NCBI GenBank assembly: GCA_022813965.1
Contig: JALDZS010000009.1
Span: forward strand, 124,001 to 188,000
DNA: 64,000 nucleotides
Direction: 5' to 3'
From: Toensbergia leucococca
Taxonomy: Eukaryota
The notes under the pieces were generated by a model. The model saw only the letters and a program-made list of their open reading frames with translations, was not told where the DNA came from and searched no databases. Both the position numbers and the translations under genes were made by a program. Below are positions 38,460-50,547 of the stretch, one piece after another (position 1 is the stretch's first letter; each line of letters opens with the position of its first letter).

Positions 38460-38833
38460 GAAACCCGAACGATCAGGTTATTGAATTGTACGGAGGGAAG
38501 CACTAATCTCACATTCTACCACGCTGCTCTTTCCCCTTGTAAATTGCGCCGAGATGAAGTTAATGGACTCAATTGAAAAGCAAAAGACAATTGCTCCGTT
38601 CCAAGAGACTATGTCATTGATGGGAGAATCAAGTAGCGGAATGAGATTGAGGTATCGAAAGCAGCCTCCATTATCTCCACCGAGATTTTGTCGGCTTCAA
38701 CAAAGATTCCAGGATCTGAAACTTTATGCAGACAGAATCGTAATATCCGAACATTCGACCAGAGAGACGAAGCAACGGCAGAGAAGCATGTCAAAGTAAG
38801 ATTGTGCATGCCTGTTCTTTCTCCGTCGTCCAT

Positions 38834-39402
38834 TTAATGTCCTTGCTCGCTCATCAGCACGTCTTCCAAGCGTCGCCGCAACTCGGCATGACTCCCTTTC
38901 ATCGAGCTCTTCACATAAGGCATTAGTAGTATACTACAAGTCACTTTCACGGTCTCTTCCAACCAGCATCCCTTGTGATCATTGCGCCCTAGTAGGGCCC
39001 CGACAGACAGCACTTTCCATCTACTATCTAAATCGACGCCTGCAGGAGCATGTGTCACGGTATCAAGCCCGCTTGATGTGTTCTCAAAAGAGGCCGTGAA
39101 CGTGAATTCCGAGTCCCAAAGGTGGAAGGGAAGGTAAGATATACGTTCGGTGATTGAATAAGTAGTAGAGACGCTAGTCTCTGAGTTATCAGTGGGAGCG
39201 GGGACGTGAGAGATGACGAGTGGATTTAGTGTTATCATTTGGGAGTGATTGTGGAGGGCGGATAGGATTTCGGCAAAGCTTATGGATTGGTTGAGGGGGC
39301 TTGTTGTCACTGTTGTGGTGGAAGTACGAAGATCTGGCCGGAAGTTAGCGGTATACTAATTCAGGGCAATACTGCTCTTATTGATGACTTACAAGAAGCC
39401 AT
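38834..39402 (-). CDS. Small fungal protein, DUF7053 / SRPBCC-like
   Basis: ATG GCT TCT T, then a GTAAGT..GCTAAC..CAG intron, then LHNHSQMITLNPLV, YSITERI, APAGV and LMPYVKSSMKGSH. Confidence 0.7.
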
Positions 39403-40353
39403 GTCTGTGATTTCATTAAATATGTAGAAGGGATGACAAAAAGATGCCAACGCTTACTCCGTAGTAATCGAAAGAAAGGCCGAGACTTGTAGCTTCATGC
39501 AGATAGGGTCAAGCGGACACCATGTGAGATTAGCCATGGAATGGTCTCGCATCCTAGAGCCATATCGCCTTTCTGATGGAATGACAGGAGTATTGAGAAG
39601 ATGATGAGCGACAAATTAAGGTTGAGTATCAATTGACTAGAACGGCTAGCTCCGAATGATTCCCTTCCATCACACATCACTCATACCTATCCGTAGGGAG
39701 TATCAAGATACACTAATCTCGCAAAAATTTTCGACCTTCTGCGAACTGCTAAATCTAAGTTCTGCTGTGCGACTGCTCTCGCCATCATTACATACTAACA
39801 ATTCTCTGCTATCATAGGAAGAAAGGACTCCAAATGGAATTAACTCTGCAATACTCCGCAATGACAAGGAAGTTTCTCAACTGCATACCAAATCCTATTC
39901 TAATAATACTAGTCGAGGAAGGTTGATATACCGACACATTAAGGTTACATGATCCTCCTTCCATTCCTCTTAATTGGCGCGATGTCTCTATTTCAATAGC
40001 TCCTTATTTTCAAGCTTTCAGTTAAAGTTTCTTGTAAAATCTGATTATTGAAGTATGATTACTTTGAGTTTGTGATGGAGTCCTATAAGAAGTACCTAGA
40101 CAATCCACCATCCCGTTTCATCTGTTCAAGATCCGCCTGCCCATTAACACTCTATTCTTACATCTTGTGTGTTCTTTGTATCCTGTCTGTGAAAGCTGAA
40201 CCTTCGTCCCCTATTCCCAATCTGCCTGCCCGTTAACGCTTCATCCTCACATCTTCTGTGCTCTTGTGCTCTTTGTCTCTTGTCTAAATTACAAGTGAAC
40301 CTTCGCCTTCTGTTCATCCCAAACTCCGCTCATTTTCCTGCATATCACACACC

Positions 40354-41613
40354 ATGCACCCTGTGATGTCAAGAAAGAGGAAAATTACGGAGATTCCAGA
40401 CAATGAGCTTGGTTCCGGCCGAACTTCTTCAATCAACAGCGATGCTATTCTGTATGATGATCATGACCTTGATGCGCCGTTGCGAAAGAAACCTAGGTCT
40501 ACGCCATCCAAAGCAACCGGAAAAGCCGTGCGTCGCCCACGCAATACGCCCTCTTCTAGCACAAAAAGTTCAAGAAAAACGAACAAAGGAAGGAAAAATG
40601 CTACCGCGATGTCTTATCTGGCTGGCACACCCATGATCAAGAAAGGTGGATCTCGAGCTAAAAATCGTTCAACGGAAAATGTGGACCGCTCCAACGTGTT
40701 CCCCTTTCTCGGGCTTCCGGGTGAAGTGCGGAACAAAATCTACGAATATGCCTTTGCGAGCCAAGATGCGCATATCAACATAGCACAACATCAGTCCCTC
40801 TTTTACGCCCATAATCAAGAAGAAAGTGAGGCTCCCAAATTTATATGCTTGGACCTCCTGTACCTCAACAAGCAAATCTACGCTGAGGCGCGGCACTTTC
40901 TCTACGAGATGTTTAGTTTCTATCTCAGTCTGAACGACCGCGAAAATGGAGTTTGTTGGTCTGCTGTCAAAAGCTTTTTTAAACGACTGGACAACTCATG
41001 TACCCCCCGAAAATTGTCTGTCTTCTGCTCCTTTCGACACATATTCACGACAAAATGGAGTACTCTGTGTCAGCTGCTAGCCGCCCATTCTCGGATTTCG
41101 AAAATTTCCATTGTCGTTGTCCATTCCTACGGTGACGATGACCCGACAGTAGTCGAACAGACAGAGGAAATTATTAAGGACAATTCTGACTTCTTCCGGG
41201 ATCTCACACCAATTCCGACGCTCGAGTATTTGAGTCTGTATACTGTTCGCTGCTTCTACGGATACCAATTTCCGGAATTTCAGCTTCAGCACGTCCAACA
41301 TGTCAACAGACATCAATATCCGAATTTCAACGTTCGCAGGCCTCCAATTTTCATCAGACGCCGGATCAATGATAGCAACACTCACCTGGTGACGGCGAGC
41401 TATCATCGTTGTATAGTCGAACAGCTTGAGTCGCAGGGTTGGTCAGCCTGGACTGGCCCAAAACTCGAAGCATTCTGCCCCAGGAACCGAAAGTCCCGGG
41501 AATGCATCACTGATATACTGTGCCGCATGGAGGGCCTCCCTTTGACCAGTAAATCTGGACTGCTATTTATATCTTGCCTTTCAACTGAATTTGAACTTCA
41601 CTCACGGAATTGA
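40354..41613 (+). CDS. Protein with basic N-terminus and F-box-like motif
   Basis: 419-aa ORF with RKRK/RKKPR NLS-like segments, FPFLGLPGEVRNKIYEYAF and LLYLNKQIYAEA. Confidence 0.75.
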   Translation: MHPVMSRKRKITEIPDNELGSGRTSSINSDAILYDDHDLDAPLRKKPRSTPSKATGKAVRRPRNTPSSSTKSSRKTNKGRKNATAMSYLAGTPMIKKGGSRAKNRSTENVDRSNVFPFLGLPGEVRNKIYEYAFASQDAHINIAQHQSLFYAHNQEESEAPKFICLDLLYLNKQIYAEARHFLYEMFSFYLSLNDRENGVCWSAVKSFFKRLDNSCTPRKLSVFCSFRHIFTTKWSTLCQLLAAHSRISKISIVVVHSYGDDDPTVVEQTEEIIKDNSDFFRDLTPIPTLEYLSLYTVRCFYGYQFPEFQLQHVQHVNRHQYPNFNVRRPPIFIRRRINDSNTHLVTASYHRCIVEQLESQGWSAWTGPKLEAFCPRNRKSRECITDILCRMEGLPLTSKSGLLFISCLSTEFELHSRN

Positions 41614-44607
41614 ATGTGTATAAGTTCTGCTGTGGTATACACTTTTGAATCAGCGTCAGATATGGCTTTACTTGAGCATGGTGTTCTCATAAATTAAATT
41701 TCTATCACTTGCAAATTTCTAGTCCTAGATAAATTTGTGCAATCAATGCAGAGATTCTGATGCATTCCTTTGCTCCTTGCTAATGTGGTAATTAATCTCG
41801 TATTCACCTGGCTATTTCTGGAGCACAAGTCTTCCACGCGCTCCGCGAAATCAAACGATTTCCCAATCGACAAAAATCACAACTCGCTCCATCCTACCGC
41901 CTCCAAACCCTCACAACGTCTTTCCATCCCCTCACATTCCCTCCTCCTATTTCCTCCCCATCTCTCCCCATTCCCATAATCCCATTCCGCAAACTTCTCA
42001 AGTCCTATCAGTAACTTCAAGACCTTGTTCAATCACCTACTTTCCATCACATCCCCTGCCATAATCTCTCCAACGCGTTTCGACCCATACAAAAGCCTCA
42101 CTATGTACAGCTAAATCCAAACCCCAACGTATATAACTATCCTAGCTAGGTTCACGACAAACCTTTCGTAGAAAACGTCCATGAAACCCCATCCTGTCCC
42201 TTTTCTGACGCAGGGAGCTGCGAGGCTGATTGAGAGAAGTAACACTGAAAGACTAGACTCAATTTGGCATATTTTGAAGTCAAGAGACTTCTCCTCAGAA
42301 TGCGCATCAATCTGAACAAGGACTAGACGTACTCTATACTTCCTGATAAAGCTAAATCAGACCAAGCTTTTTCAGGAATCAAGAGTAGATTTGAGTACAC
42401 GCCTATGAAAAGTACAAAGGTCTCCAAAATACTGGCGTACAATCTTGAAGAAATGATGTGGGAGAAGATAGATGAAAGTGAAAAGAAATGACCATTCAGG
42501 GGCAAAGTAGTCCTAAGTTCGCGTAAACAGAAGGTATGCTCTTAGGGTCTCAGCTGATAGCAGAAAAGAGGGGTCACACAAACATGAACGAGATAAGGTT
42601 AGGGTTACACGGCACATTCCTTTTATTAAAATATACAGAGAACTTAGGCCTTCCTTCGTACAGCTTCACTAGGCTGTCAAGGGTCATAAAGCATTTGCTC
42701 GTTTTGATCGAATTCTCCGATCCGATGAACCGGCTGGCCAAGTCCTGTGGCTTGCAGAGTATGGCAACCGCCTCGAGTTGACTGGCAAAGATGGTCAGTT
42801 GTCGATGGCATTGTAAGGCAGGATAGAAAGACATGGCTTCCCCATCCAAACGCCATCTAAGCCCGTGGTCATCAAAATGGTAGTATTACCAAACACGCGG
42901 CAGAGGATAGGAGGAGGTGGTCAGGATAGGGTCGACGCCGGCGTGACACTAGAACTACCTAGTGCCTCAGGTCCTCAATGGTTGCCAAGCCAGCTAAGCC
43001 AAAGGTCTTAGCCACTGGCACTGGCAGCATTGACCTAGGTAATCCTAATTGCTACTCTACCATGCTGTGTTCTTATCCGATCTTTCAAGCTGCAAATGTT
43101 ATTGCTTATTGGAGTCAAGCTTAGGGAGTCGTGAGGGAAAGGCCAATAGACACAGTCAGTTGGTATGGCCTTCGCTCTGAACTCGACATGGAGTTCTCTC
43201 TGTCCTGCAAGTTGTTCCAAGCTACTAAAATGTCAGGCCAGGATGAGCTACGTGTGGTGGTCGGATACATGAGGCTGATATCATGTAGAGTGATGGTATC
43301 GATGCCTCTTGACTTCGCCGAAGATCATACGAGTACTCGTGCAATGCTTGGTGCACAATGCTGTTGCATAAAAACTTACCCTTCATGGACATTTTTCCAT
43401 AGATCACGGCTCACAGCTCATGTCGCTCTTTTTGCTCCTTATCAATACCGAATCATACACATTTACTCGGAGCTTCGCTCAAATTGCCCATCCTTCGCCT
43501 TCTTTATTCTTGTTTGCATTTGATTCCGACTTTCCTACCTCTTTGAAAGATTCTTTCCTCGGCTTCCAGACTATAAGCACCTAGTCGATTTGTTCAAGCT
43601 ATTGCGACTTCCTTTACTCTCGTTTCTGCATTCACCCAGCCAAGTTCAAACTCCAGCTCCCTTGAACAGATATCACCTCTAAGCCTCCGCGTCGCTTTCT
43701 GAATGTAATGCCGAGAAGTCCTCTTAGCTGATGCATTTTTCACGTGTCTGTTCGGCATAGGTTGACGAAATAACTAACGAGTAACTGATAGATTGCCAAA
43801 GATTGTATACCTAGTTGGAGAAACAAGCTCATATATAGGTGGATTCCAGCTAGTATATACATAACCATACCATCGATCTACTTCCTGTGCCGAACATGAG
43901 TCCTCGATCACTACTTCTAACATAGGTAGAATATGATATTGTGCCTTGAGCTTTGAGAGCAAAGCCAGAAGCTACCTATACAGAAAGCGAAGCAGCTCTG
44001 AGTAAGCTCGACTCGGTAGCACATATTGGAAGAGCTTGAGACTGAGTGATTTCCTGAAAGGATCCAGGTCTATTAAAGAATGAATGTTGATTAAGATTCT
44101 GGTGCATAAAAGTTCTACTATAGATTAGGAAGATGGAGGCTGTGAAGGGAAACTGAAGCACGTTGAACATAAATCTATGGATTTTCGGAGAAAGGAGCCG
44201 AGCCTGCACCGGCTGTGAGTGATATGTTATGAGCCGAGAGAGGGATCGAAAACGATGGGTAATTGCAACGTCAGACATATTGAGGGAGAGAACTCTAACA
44301 TCATTTAGAAGGTTCTGCAGCATCGCTCTCTATTTGACTCGAGACTCGAGTGGTGTTCGCAACAATAAGATGCTAGGGGAAAAAGAAAATAATTGATTGG
44401 GATTGACCAACAGCCCAGCCTCATCTCCAATCGAGGGGTATTAGTAACAAAAGCTGTGTATGTGTCTATTCCCTCTTGATCAGCGATTCGAGCCGCCATC
44501 AAAATTGCTAATTCTATTTTAGCGCTCAAAATCTGTCTCAAGGTAACGACCTACTTACTCCAAAATCCTGAAAGTCATTACATCCATCAGTACCCCCTAC
44601 CTCCTCA

Positions 44608-44772
44608 TCACCTCATGCGACTTCCTAAGCCGACTTCTAAGCAACCAGGACAGCTCTCGATAACCCTCTCAATCCGAGTAGTAGTAATCTCACATTCGAT
44701 GTCGCCGCAGGGATCCCAACTAGTGATGCAGCTATGCTCACAGGCATAGTAATGTTCTGTAGCGATGCACAT
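44608..44772 (-). CDS. Small Cys/His protein, array member A (54 aa)
   Basis: MCIATEHYYACEHSCITSWDPCGDIECEITTTRIERVIESCPGC..; full C-x8-CxH-x8-C-x4-C-x13-CxxC pattern. Confidence 0.75.
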   Translation of the reverse strand: MCIATEHYYACEHSCITSWDPCGDIECEITTTRIERVIESCPGCLEVGLGSRMR

Positions 44773-45539
44773 GATGGAGTGATCTCTTAGGGGCTGGTAT
44801 TGTTGGTCTAAAAAGTGGCTGGTGGGATACGGCGGTTTGTACAAAGGAGGAAAGAAATTACATGTGTGGATCGTGTGTTGGAGTTGAATTACACAGCCAC
44901 AGGAAAGAAGAAGTGAATCATACTCCTGAGTCTTCTGAGTCTTCACTTCGAAAATGTGTATCATTCTGTTTTGCTCTCGCCAAATGAATCTATGGTCAGT
45001 GTTCTTCCCCTGTTTCACAGATTAAGAGTCTCTTTCATTGATGCGCTAACTTCGGCGACAGGCAGTCAAGACAAGGCAGCGGAAATTGCCCGACTTAACG
45101 CAACAATGAAGTTAAAGAACATGAACCGGGACAATCATGACTTTGATATTTGCATTTGAGTCTACAAGAGTAAGGTATGTACTTACCCATATTGGCGATA
45201 CTGTCAAAGACTGTCTCATATTCTTTTCATACATGTAGGTGCTAAGAGAGACAGACTGCGAGAACCTTTCAAACCCCTCAGAGTCACTCTAAATGTATAT
45301 TGATTGGCTGGACCGTTTCTCACTGATAAGGCATTGTCCATTTTTACTTAGTGCGAACACAATAGTGTTTTTACTGATCGATATTATTTTTGTCAAAAAC
45401 AAATCCATGTCCTAACTCCTCGACGCCAGAAAACTCTCCCAGCCGGTCTCTCATCATTTTTAATGTGTCTCCACTCTTCAAAGATTCAAGTGCAACGCAT
45501 TCTTCACAGCCTTCCACTCAAATGCTTTCCTGTTGTTCT

Positions 45540-46160
45540 TCACGACTCACAGCTTGTTTTCAGCTTTGCTTCTGCAACTAGGGCTTGGAGTCGTCCCAGC
45601 AACGGGTCGTCTCGTAGGTAAAGTCGACGTCCGAATCTTGGAACGTCCACCTTCAAGGGGAGCTTGAGTCCCTCAAACCTGAGCTCCTCAATTTGAGCCT
45701 GGACTTCAAGCTCCGTAAGCTCGTCTCTCTTTTTTGCGATCTTATCTCGACACTTCGATATGCGGGCGCAAAAATAGCACTCCTTATCCTCGGTACTGAA
45801 CTTCACTGGCTCGACTCTGCACAGTCCCCAAGAGTCACAACGCTTTCGATGGTTGGTTTTGCACTCGAACTCCCCGCATCTGTACATTAATAAAGTGGCG
45901 ATGCACTTTTCAGGGTACGTTGTGACTTTTTTTGGACACCGACGTGCTGTTTGAGGAGCTGCCTTCTTCGAATTGGTCTTCTTAGGAGCAACTTTCTTTG
46001 AGATAGCCTTCTTAGAAGCTACATTCTTTGATGTAGTCTTCTTACAGATGGTCTTTACTGAAGTCCCCTTCTCAGAGGTCACGCTGGGTGCAGTTTGTTT
46101 GGACAAACTACGCGTAGTGCACCCCATCTGCTTGGATTGACTACGTGTAGTTGGGGCCAT
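45540..46160 (-). CDS. Cys-pattern protein, array member B (206 aa), with Lys-rich N-terminus and coiled-coil-like tail
   Basis: KKxxxKK repeats, then KCIATLLMYRC..C-x5-C-x13-CYFC, then KIAKKRDELTELEVQAQIEEL. Confidence 0.75.
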   Translation of the reverse strand: MAPTTRSQSKQMGCTTRSLSKQTAPSVTSEKGTSVKTICKKTTSKNVASKKAISKKVAPKKTNSKKAAPQTARRCPKKVTTYPEKCIATLLMYRCGEFECKTNHRKRCDSWGLCRVEPVKFSTEDKECYFCARISKCRDKIAKKRDELTELEVQAQIEELRFEGLKLPLKVDVPRFGRRLYLRDDPLLGRLQALVAEAKLKTSCES

Positions 46161-47049
46161 GATGATTGCAAAACGGGTAGATCTCTGCGGCGGCCTCTGT
46201 GATGGTCAGCGAGAGTCCTGATACGTACGTGTCCTGTTTGAAGAAGCTTGATGAAATGGCTGACGATGGTCAAGGTGTTGTGCGCCGGATCTGTGTAGAT
46301 CCTTCTGATGAGAAGATGTACTGGAGAGAGAAGCTTGAATGTGATCACCCGTTATATACTCGAGAGCGAGGGGCTTGAAGAACAGTAAACACCGTTCAAG
46401 GCTAGACAAAGAAAAACGGGAGAAAGAAGTTTCGCCAATAAAAGCATTTGCTCTTATTGTCCTCAAGGGAACAAAGCTGTTCTCTCAAACCTTTCAGTTC
46501 TAGATTACAACCAAGTGAGACCGGAATATAGCATTTCGATCCATTCATACGCAGGCCCGAGGCTACTCAACTTTTTTACAATTCGCGTCACTCACAAGCT
46601 ACCGTGCCTAAGGACCAAGGCAATTGGGATCAAATTTCAATTACTTTCTTTGTAGCTGCTCGACAAAAAAAGGTACCGCAACCATACAAAACCTTTTGAG
46701 CGCGTACGTAACTAAGCTGGCGAAAGCAGAAGTCATCTGTGTTCTGAGGGGGAACAGCAGCTAAGTGAAATAGTTGCCCTTGAACCGTCGACGCAATTAC
46801 TTCAACCACCAAATAATGCGTTCTGTTCTCCAATACCAAATCTTTGATTCTCGATGAACGACATGACTTAAAAGTTATAAAGATCAAGTCCGTACAAATC
46901 TATGCAACTGAAAAAGATGACTCGATCTTCAAAGACAGAGCCACAACCACCACAACTCGAAATTATTTCCATAAAACCTGTATGTCCCACCTACATCCCC
47001 CACATCAACATCTCACCCCCTACCAAAACTCCCTCACATCGCGGCCATA

Positions 47050-47274
47050 TCACCGCCCCCAATTCTCAATATCCCGCAGGATCCTCTCCTCCAGCTCATC
47101 CATCTCAACGCTCTGACTCAGCACCCGCTCCTCGTAGCACACCCAGCATGCCCCGCTGATAGTAAGAAGCGGTCTGGATACTAGCCATGAAGATTCTTCG
47201 CTGCTAAAGCAGTATGCTGTGGGTTTGAAAGTCATATGCCCGTGCTTGCAGATCATTGCTTTGACCCTGCACAT
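47050..47274 (-). CDS. Small Cys/His protein, array member C (74 aa), divergent
   Basis: MCRVKAMICKHGH..YC..CWVC followed by an acidic helical tail EMDELEERILRDIE. Confidence 0.6.
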   Translation of the reverse strand: MCRVKAMICKHGHMTFKPTAYCFSSEESSWLVSRPLLTISGACWVCYEERVLSQSVEMDELEERILRDIENWGR

Positions 47275-47818
47275 AATAGATATTGGGCTTGAGCGTTAGT
47301 GATTTCCTAGGTGTCAGAGGGTGCTGGGGTGCGAATGGTAAGTGAATGGGGTTGAGGAGACCGAGAGAAGAGAAGGGGTTGAGTGGGCTTTTAAAGAGGT
47401 GTGCGATCTTAGAAGAGAGAAGGGATTTGAACGAAAAAAGAACCATGAGGTTGTTCACGTTGGACAAAGAATACGTAATGGAGGTACAATGCAGATATGT
47501 CCCAAGACTTCACTCCAGAAAAGGTCTTACCTAGACGGCCAAGACATCCAGCAAGAAAACCACGCCGAACAAAGGTATATGCGGCGATTCATGTCCGAAA
47601 ATGCGAAGAAATGAAACAAAAGCAGTGAGTGAGACATATCATACACAAATAGAAACATACAACACAGGTACGTCGAGTCAATAATATCCAATCCCTCAAT
47701 TCGTCTACTGACTCAATTAAGCAGAACTATCGCGCTAAAAGTACAAACAACAGATGCACCCACGCATGCTGCAAACCTCAATCAACCCCCATCAATCTAC
47801 CATTCTCCATTTCCCATC

Positions 47819-48241
47819 TCATGCATCGATGAACTGCCGCTCAAGCATGAGACATCTCTCCTTAGACTGCCTCAGTGTATCTGGGTCGTTCTGCAACCGC
47901 GCCATTGCCTGCAAAATCCTCTCTTGCTCCAGCACCGATATCGCCTCTTGCCTCCGTCTCTCATCTTCCTGATCACGCAAACGCCGCCCTTCCTCTATTT
48001 CCCTCGTGTGCTTCTCCAGCGCCTTCTTGCAGAGCTCAACCCTCTCCGCCAGCGCCTCCAGTCTCAATTTAAACTCCTTCGCTTTCTTGCCAATCGCCTC
48101 ACCTTCCTCAATAACCTCGCATAAAAAGCACTTGGATTGAATAGTAGAGTACTCGATATCAGGGACAGGGTTTCCAACAAAATGCTGATTGGGTGGTGAA
48201 CAGTGGCCGCAGAGATACTCGTAGTGGGTTTCAGAAGCCAT
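47819..48241 (-). CDS. CxH..CxxC plus coiled-coil protein, array member D (140 aa)
   Basis: MASETHYEYLCGH..CFLC, then a long Glu/Lys/Arg/Leu heptad-like region. Confidence 0.75.
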   Translation of the reverse strand: MASETHYEYLCGHCSPPNQHFVGNPVPDIEYSTIQSKCFLCEVIEEGEAIGKKAKEFKLRLEALAERVELCKKALEKHTREIEEGRRLRDQEDERRRQEAISVLEQERILQAMARLQNDPDTLRQSKERCLMLERQFIDA

Positions 48242-48958
48242 TTTGATGACTTGTGTTGTGCGCGGGTTTGCTTGATGGATGTATCTGGTGAGTGCTGAGC
48301 TGTGTGCGGTGGATGATTGAGAATGAAGATGCTGAAAGAAGAAGGAGCTTTTGTAGAGCTTGGGTCCGAGAAGAGAGGAGGTGTTGACAGAAGATGAATG
48401 AGTTTGTTCACGTGAAAGGAACAGAAAGATACTGGACTGAGAAGGAGAACAATGAAATTATTATGCTGAACAAACACAAATACGACGCACGCACATCTGA
48501 ATTATCCACCCCCAAGAAAAGACACTCAACGCCCAAGTTCAAAACCTCAGCAAAACTATCACACAAAAAACAACATCATTCAGACACCACCCACACCCAC
48601 ACCCACATACGCTTCAAATCTCAAACAGCCTCAATCAACCCACCGCCCCACGCTATGAGCTGCTAATACATAGGTACATGAACGTAAGACTATGAGAGTG
48701 GCTCTCAGAGGCCACAGAGAGCGCGGAGGATCTCTCTCTGAACATAGCTGATTCAAGACACCTGCCACTCATATCACAGCAAAAGTCTAAAATGCTCATC
48801 TTCATTCAACAAGGCAGTCTCCATCATCATCGCAACCCAAAGAAAATTCCAGCAGCCTAATCAAGCAGTTCATCCGTCTCACCTTAGATGCATACGTAAC
48901 CTACGATGCTCCAAAATCTCCGTGACCCAAAAAACAAAAAAGCGATTGAATTTGCCAC

Positions 48959-49207
48959 TCAAAAGTACTCTTTCAAAAGTGCATCCTTACCCTTTCTTCC
49001 TCGCTTCTTCTTCTTGCTTATCAACGACCTAAAAACCCCCGCACTCTGCAAACCCTTCACCGCCTCATTCTCTATACACACCGCACAGATATTCTCCTCA
49101 TCCATATCCTCTACCAACGTCCTTCCGCAGGCGCCATCACCGCATGATTCCCACTCCAAAAAGACGTAATGGCCGCAAGCGTGGCGAGTGTGAAATTCAT
49201 AATATAT
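48959..49207 (-). pseudogene. Array member E, lacking its expected start codon
   Basis: Reads IY-YEFHTRHA-CGH-YVFLEWES-C-GDGA-C-x13-CAVC. ATA TAT sits exactly where the paralogs have ATG TGY (Met-Cys). Confidence 0.65.
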
Positions 49208-49731
49208 GCCTTTCCTTGTCCGGATTGTCTTTTCTTGATTTCCTTTTGAGACGATGGGATAGTGATGAGGGATATGGTGTGGTGTAAGGGAAGAGAAGGG
49301 AAGGAAAGGGAGGGGAGGGTGTTTTGTGCTAAAGGCATGTCTTAGAAGATTTTGTGGTGTGTATACATGGTACGCGGGATGAAAGAAAGAAAAGAAAGAA
49401 AGACAGACAAAAATGATCCGGCAATGTGATTGTCCGAACAAACAAGAAAAACGAAAAAGAGAAACAATCACCATTGTAACAACCCCCTTTCACAGCTCTC
49501 TCAAAAACCCACCAAACCAGCACCTTTGTGCCCCTCAAAACAAAACCCCCCTTTCAATCCCTCCCCACAACAAAACACAATCCTATTGTCCCTAATCACT
49601 AACTCCCCCCCCTCACCCATTCCACCAGCAACCCAAATCCACAACATATAAAACCCCAACTCCCCCCCCCCAAAAATCAATCTTCCCAACCGCACCCTCA
49701 ACTAACAAGAAACCAAAAAAAAAACCAAAAA

Positions 49732-49953
49732 ATGTGCAACGAAACCCAAACCCTCTACCGCTGCACCCACACCTCCCCGCCAACCCACCACCCCTGCATT
49801 CAACGTCCCTGCCCCGGCACTCAAATCGTGGAGACTGTGGTTGAGGAATGGTGCGGGAATTGTGGGAAGAGGAGGGGTGGGGGACGCTGGAGGTTTTCGG
49901 GGAAGGGGGGCGGGGGGGTGGAGGTTTGGGGGGTGGGGGGGTGGGAGAGGTAG
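49732..49953 (+). CDS. Small Cys/His protein, array member F (73 aa)
   Basis: MCNETQTLYRCTHTSPPTHHPCIQRPCPGTQIVETVVEEWCGNC..; full pattern; A-rich context before the ATG. Confidence 0.75.
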   Translation: MCNETQTLYRCTHTSPPTHHPCIQRPCPGTQIVETVVEEWCGNCGKRRGGGRWRFSGKGGGGVEVWGVGGWER

Positions 49954-50238
49954 ATTTTGGGAGAGTGTGCACTGTGTGGAGGGTGTTGAGGTGTTTATGG
50001 GATCTTCTTTGTTCAGGGTGAATGTAATTGTTTTATTTTTAAAAGTTCTCTGTTCTGCTTACCTTGAATCATATATCCTCTCATTTGTCCTCGTTGAACA
50101 AACTCATTGTTCATTACTATCCACCTCCCTCCTCAAGCTCAGCATCTCTATAAATCTACCTCTTCCTTCTCTCTCCCGTTTGCATTAACAAAACCTCTTC
50201 ACCTCAAACCCCCTCTCTCAACCAAACTCCTTCAAAAG

Positions 50239-50547
50239 ATGAGCCCCTCAACTTACTACATATTCCTCTGCAACCACACCCATCCGCCTCAAACTCAAAC
50301 CTCAGACCCAGAAACTCAGTACCTCGAAGTCAAAAGCTTATGCATGACCTGCAAAGAACTAGAGGTGCTGCTAAACAAGCTGAAAGCGCTAAAGAAAAAA
50401 CAAGATGAGCTAGAAGAGGTGGTTATGTTGCAGTGTGAGGCGCTGGAGGAGCAGGAGAAGGAGAAGGCCAAGAGTGTGCGGAAGTTGATGCGGGTGTTGG
50501 AGGAGGAGGAGGAGTTAGTGCGGCAGATGGGGCGGTTGAGGCTTTGA
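50239..50547 (+). CDS. CxH..CxxC plus coiled-coil protein, array member G (102 aa)
   Basis: MSPSTYYIFLCNH..CMTC, then KELEVLLNKLKALKKKQDELEE..; same layout as member D. Confidence 0.75.
   Translation: MSPSTYYIFLCNHTHPPQTQTSDPETQYLEVKSLCMTCKELEVLLNKLKALKKKQDELEEVVMLQCEALEEQEKEKAKSVRKLMRVLEEEEELVRQMGRLRL

Noticed and set aside
41700..44550. Additional genes or array members among the short ORFs
   Set aside because: No Cys/His pattern or other motif found; the TpA-rich, stop-dense sequence looks like decayed DNA.
44773..45018. N-terminal extension of array member A given by the ORF track (136 aa)
   Set aside because: It begins at a GTG, and the paralogs start at Met-Cys, so ATG 44772 is preferred.
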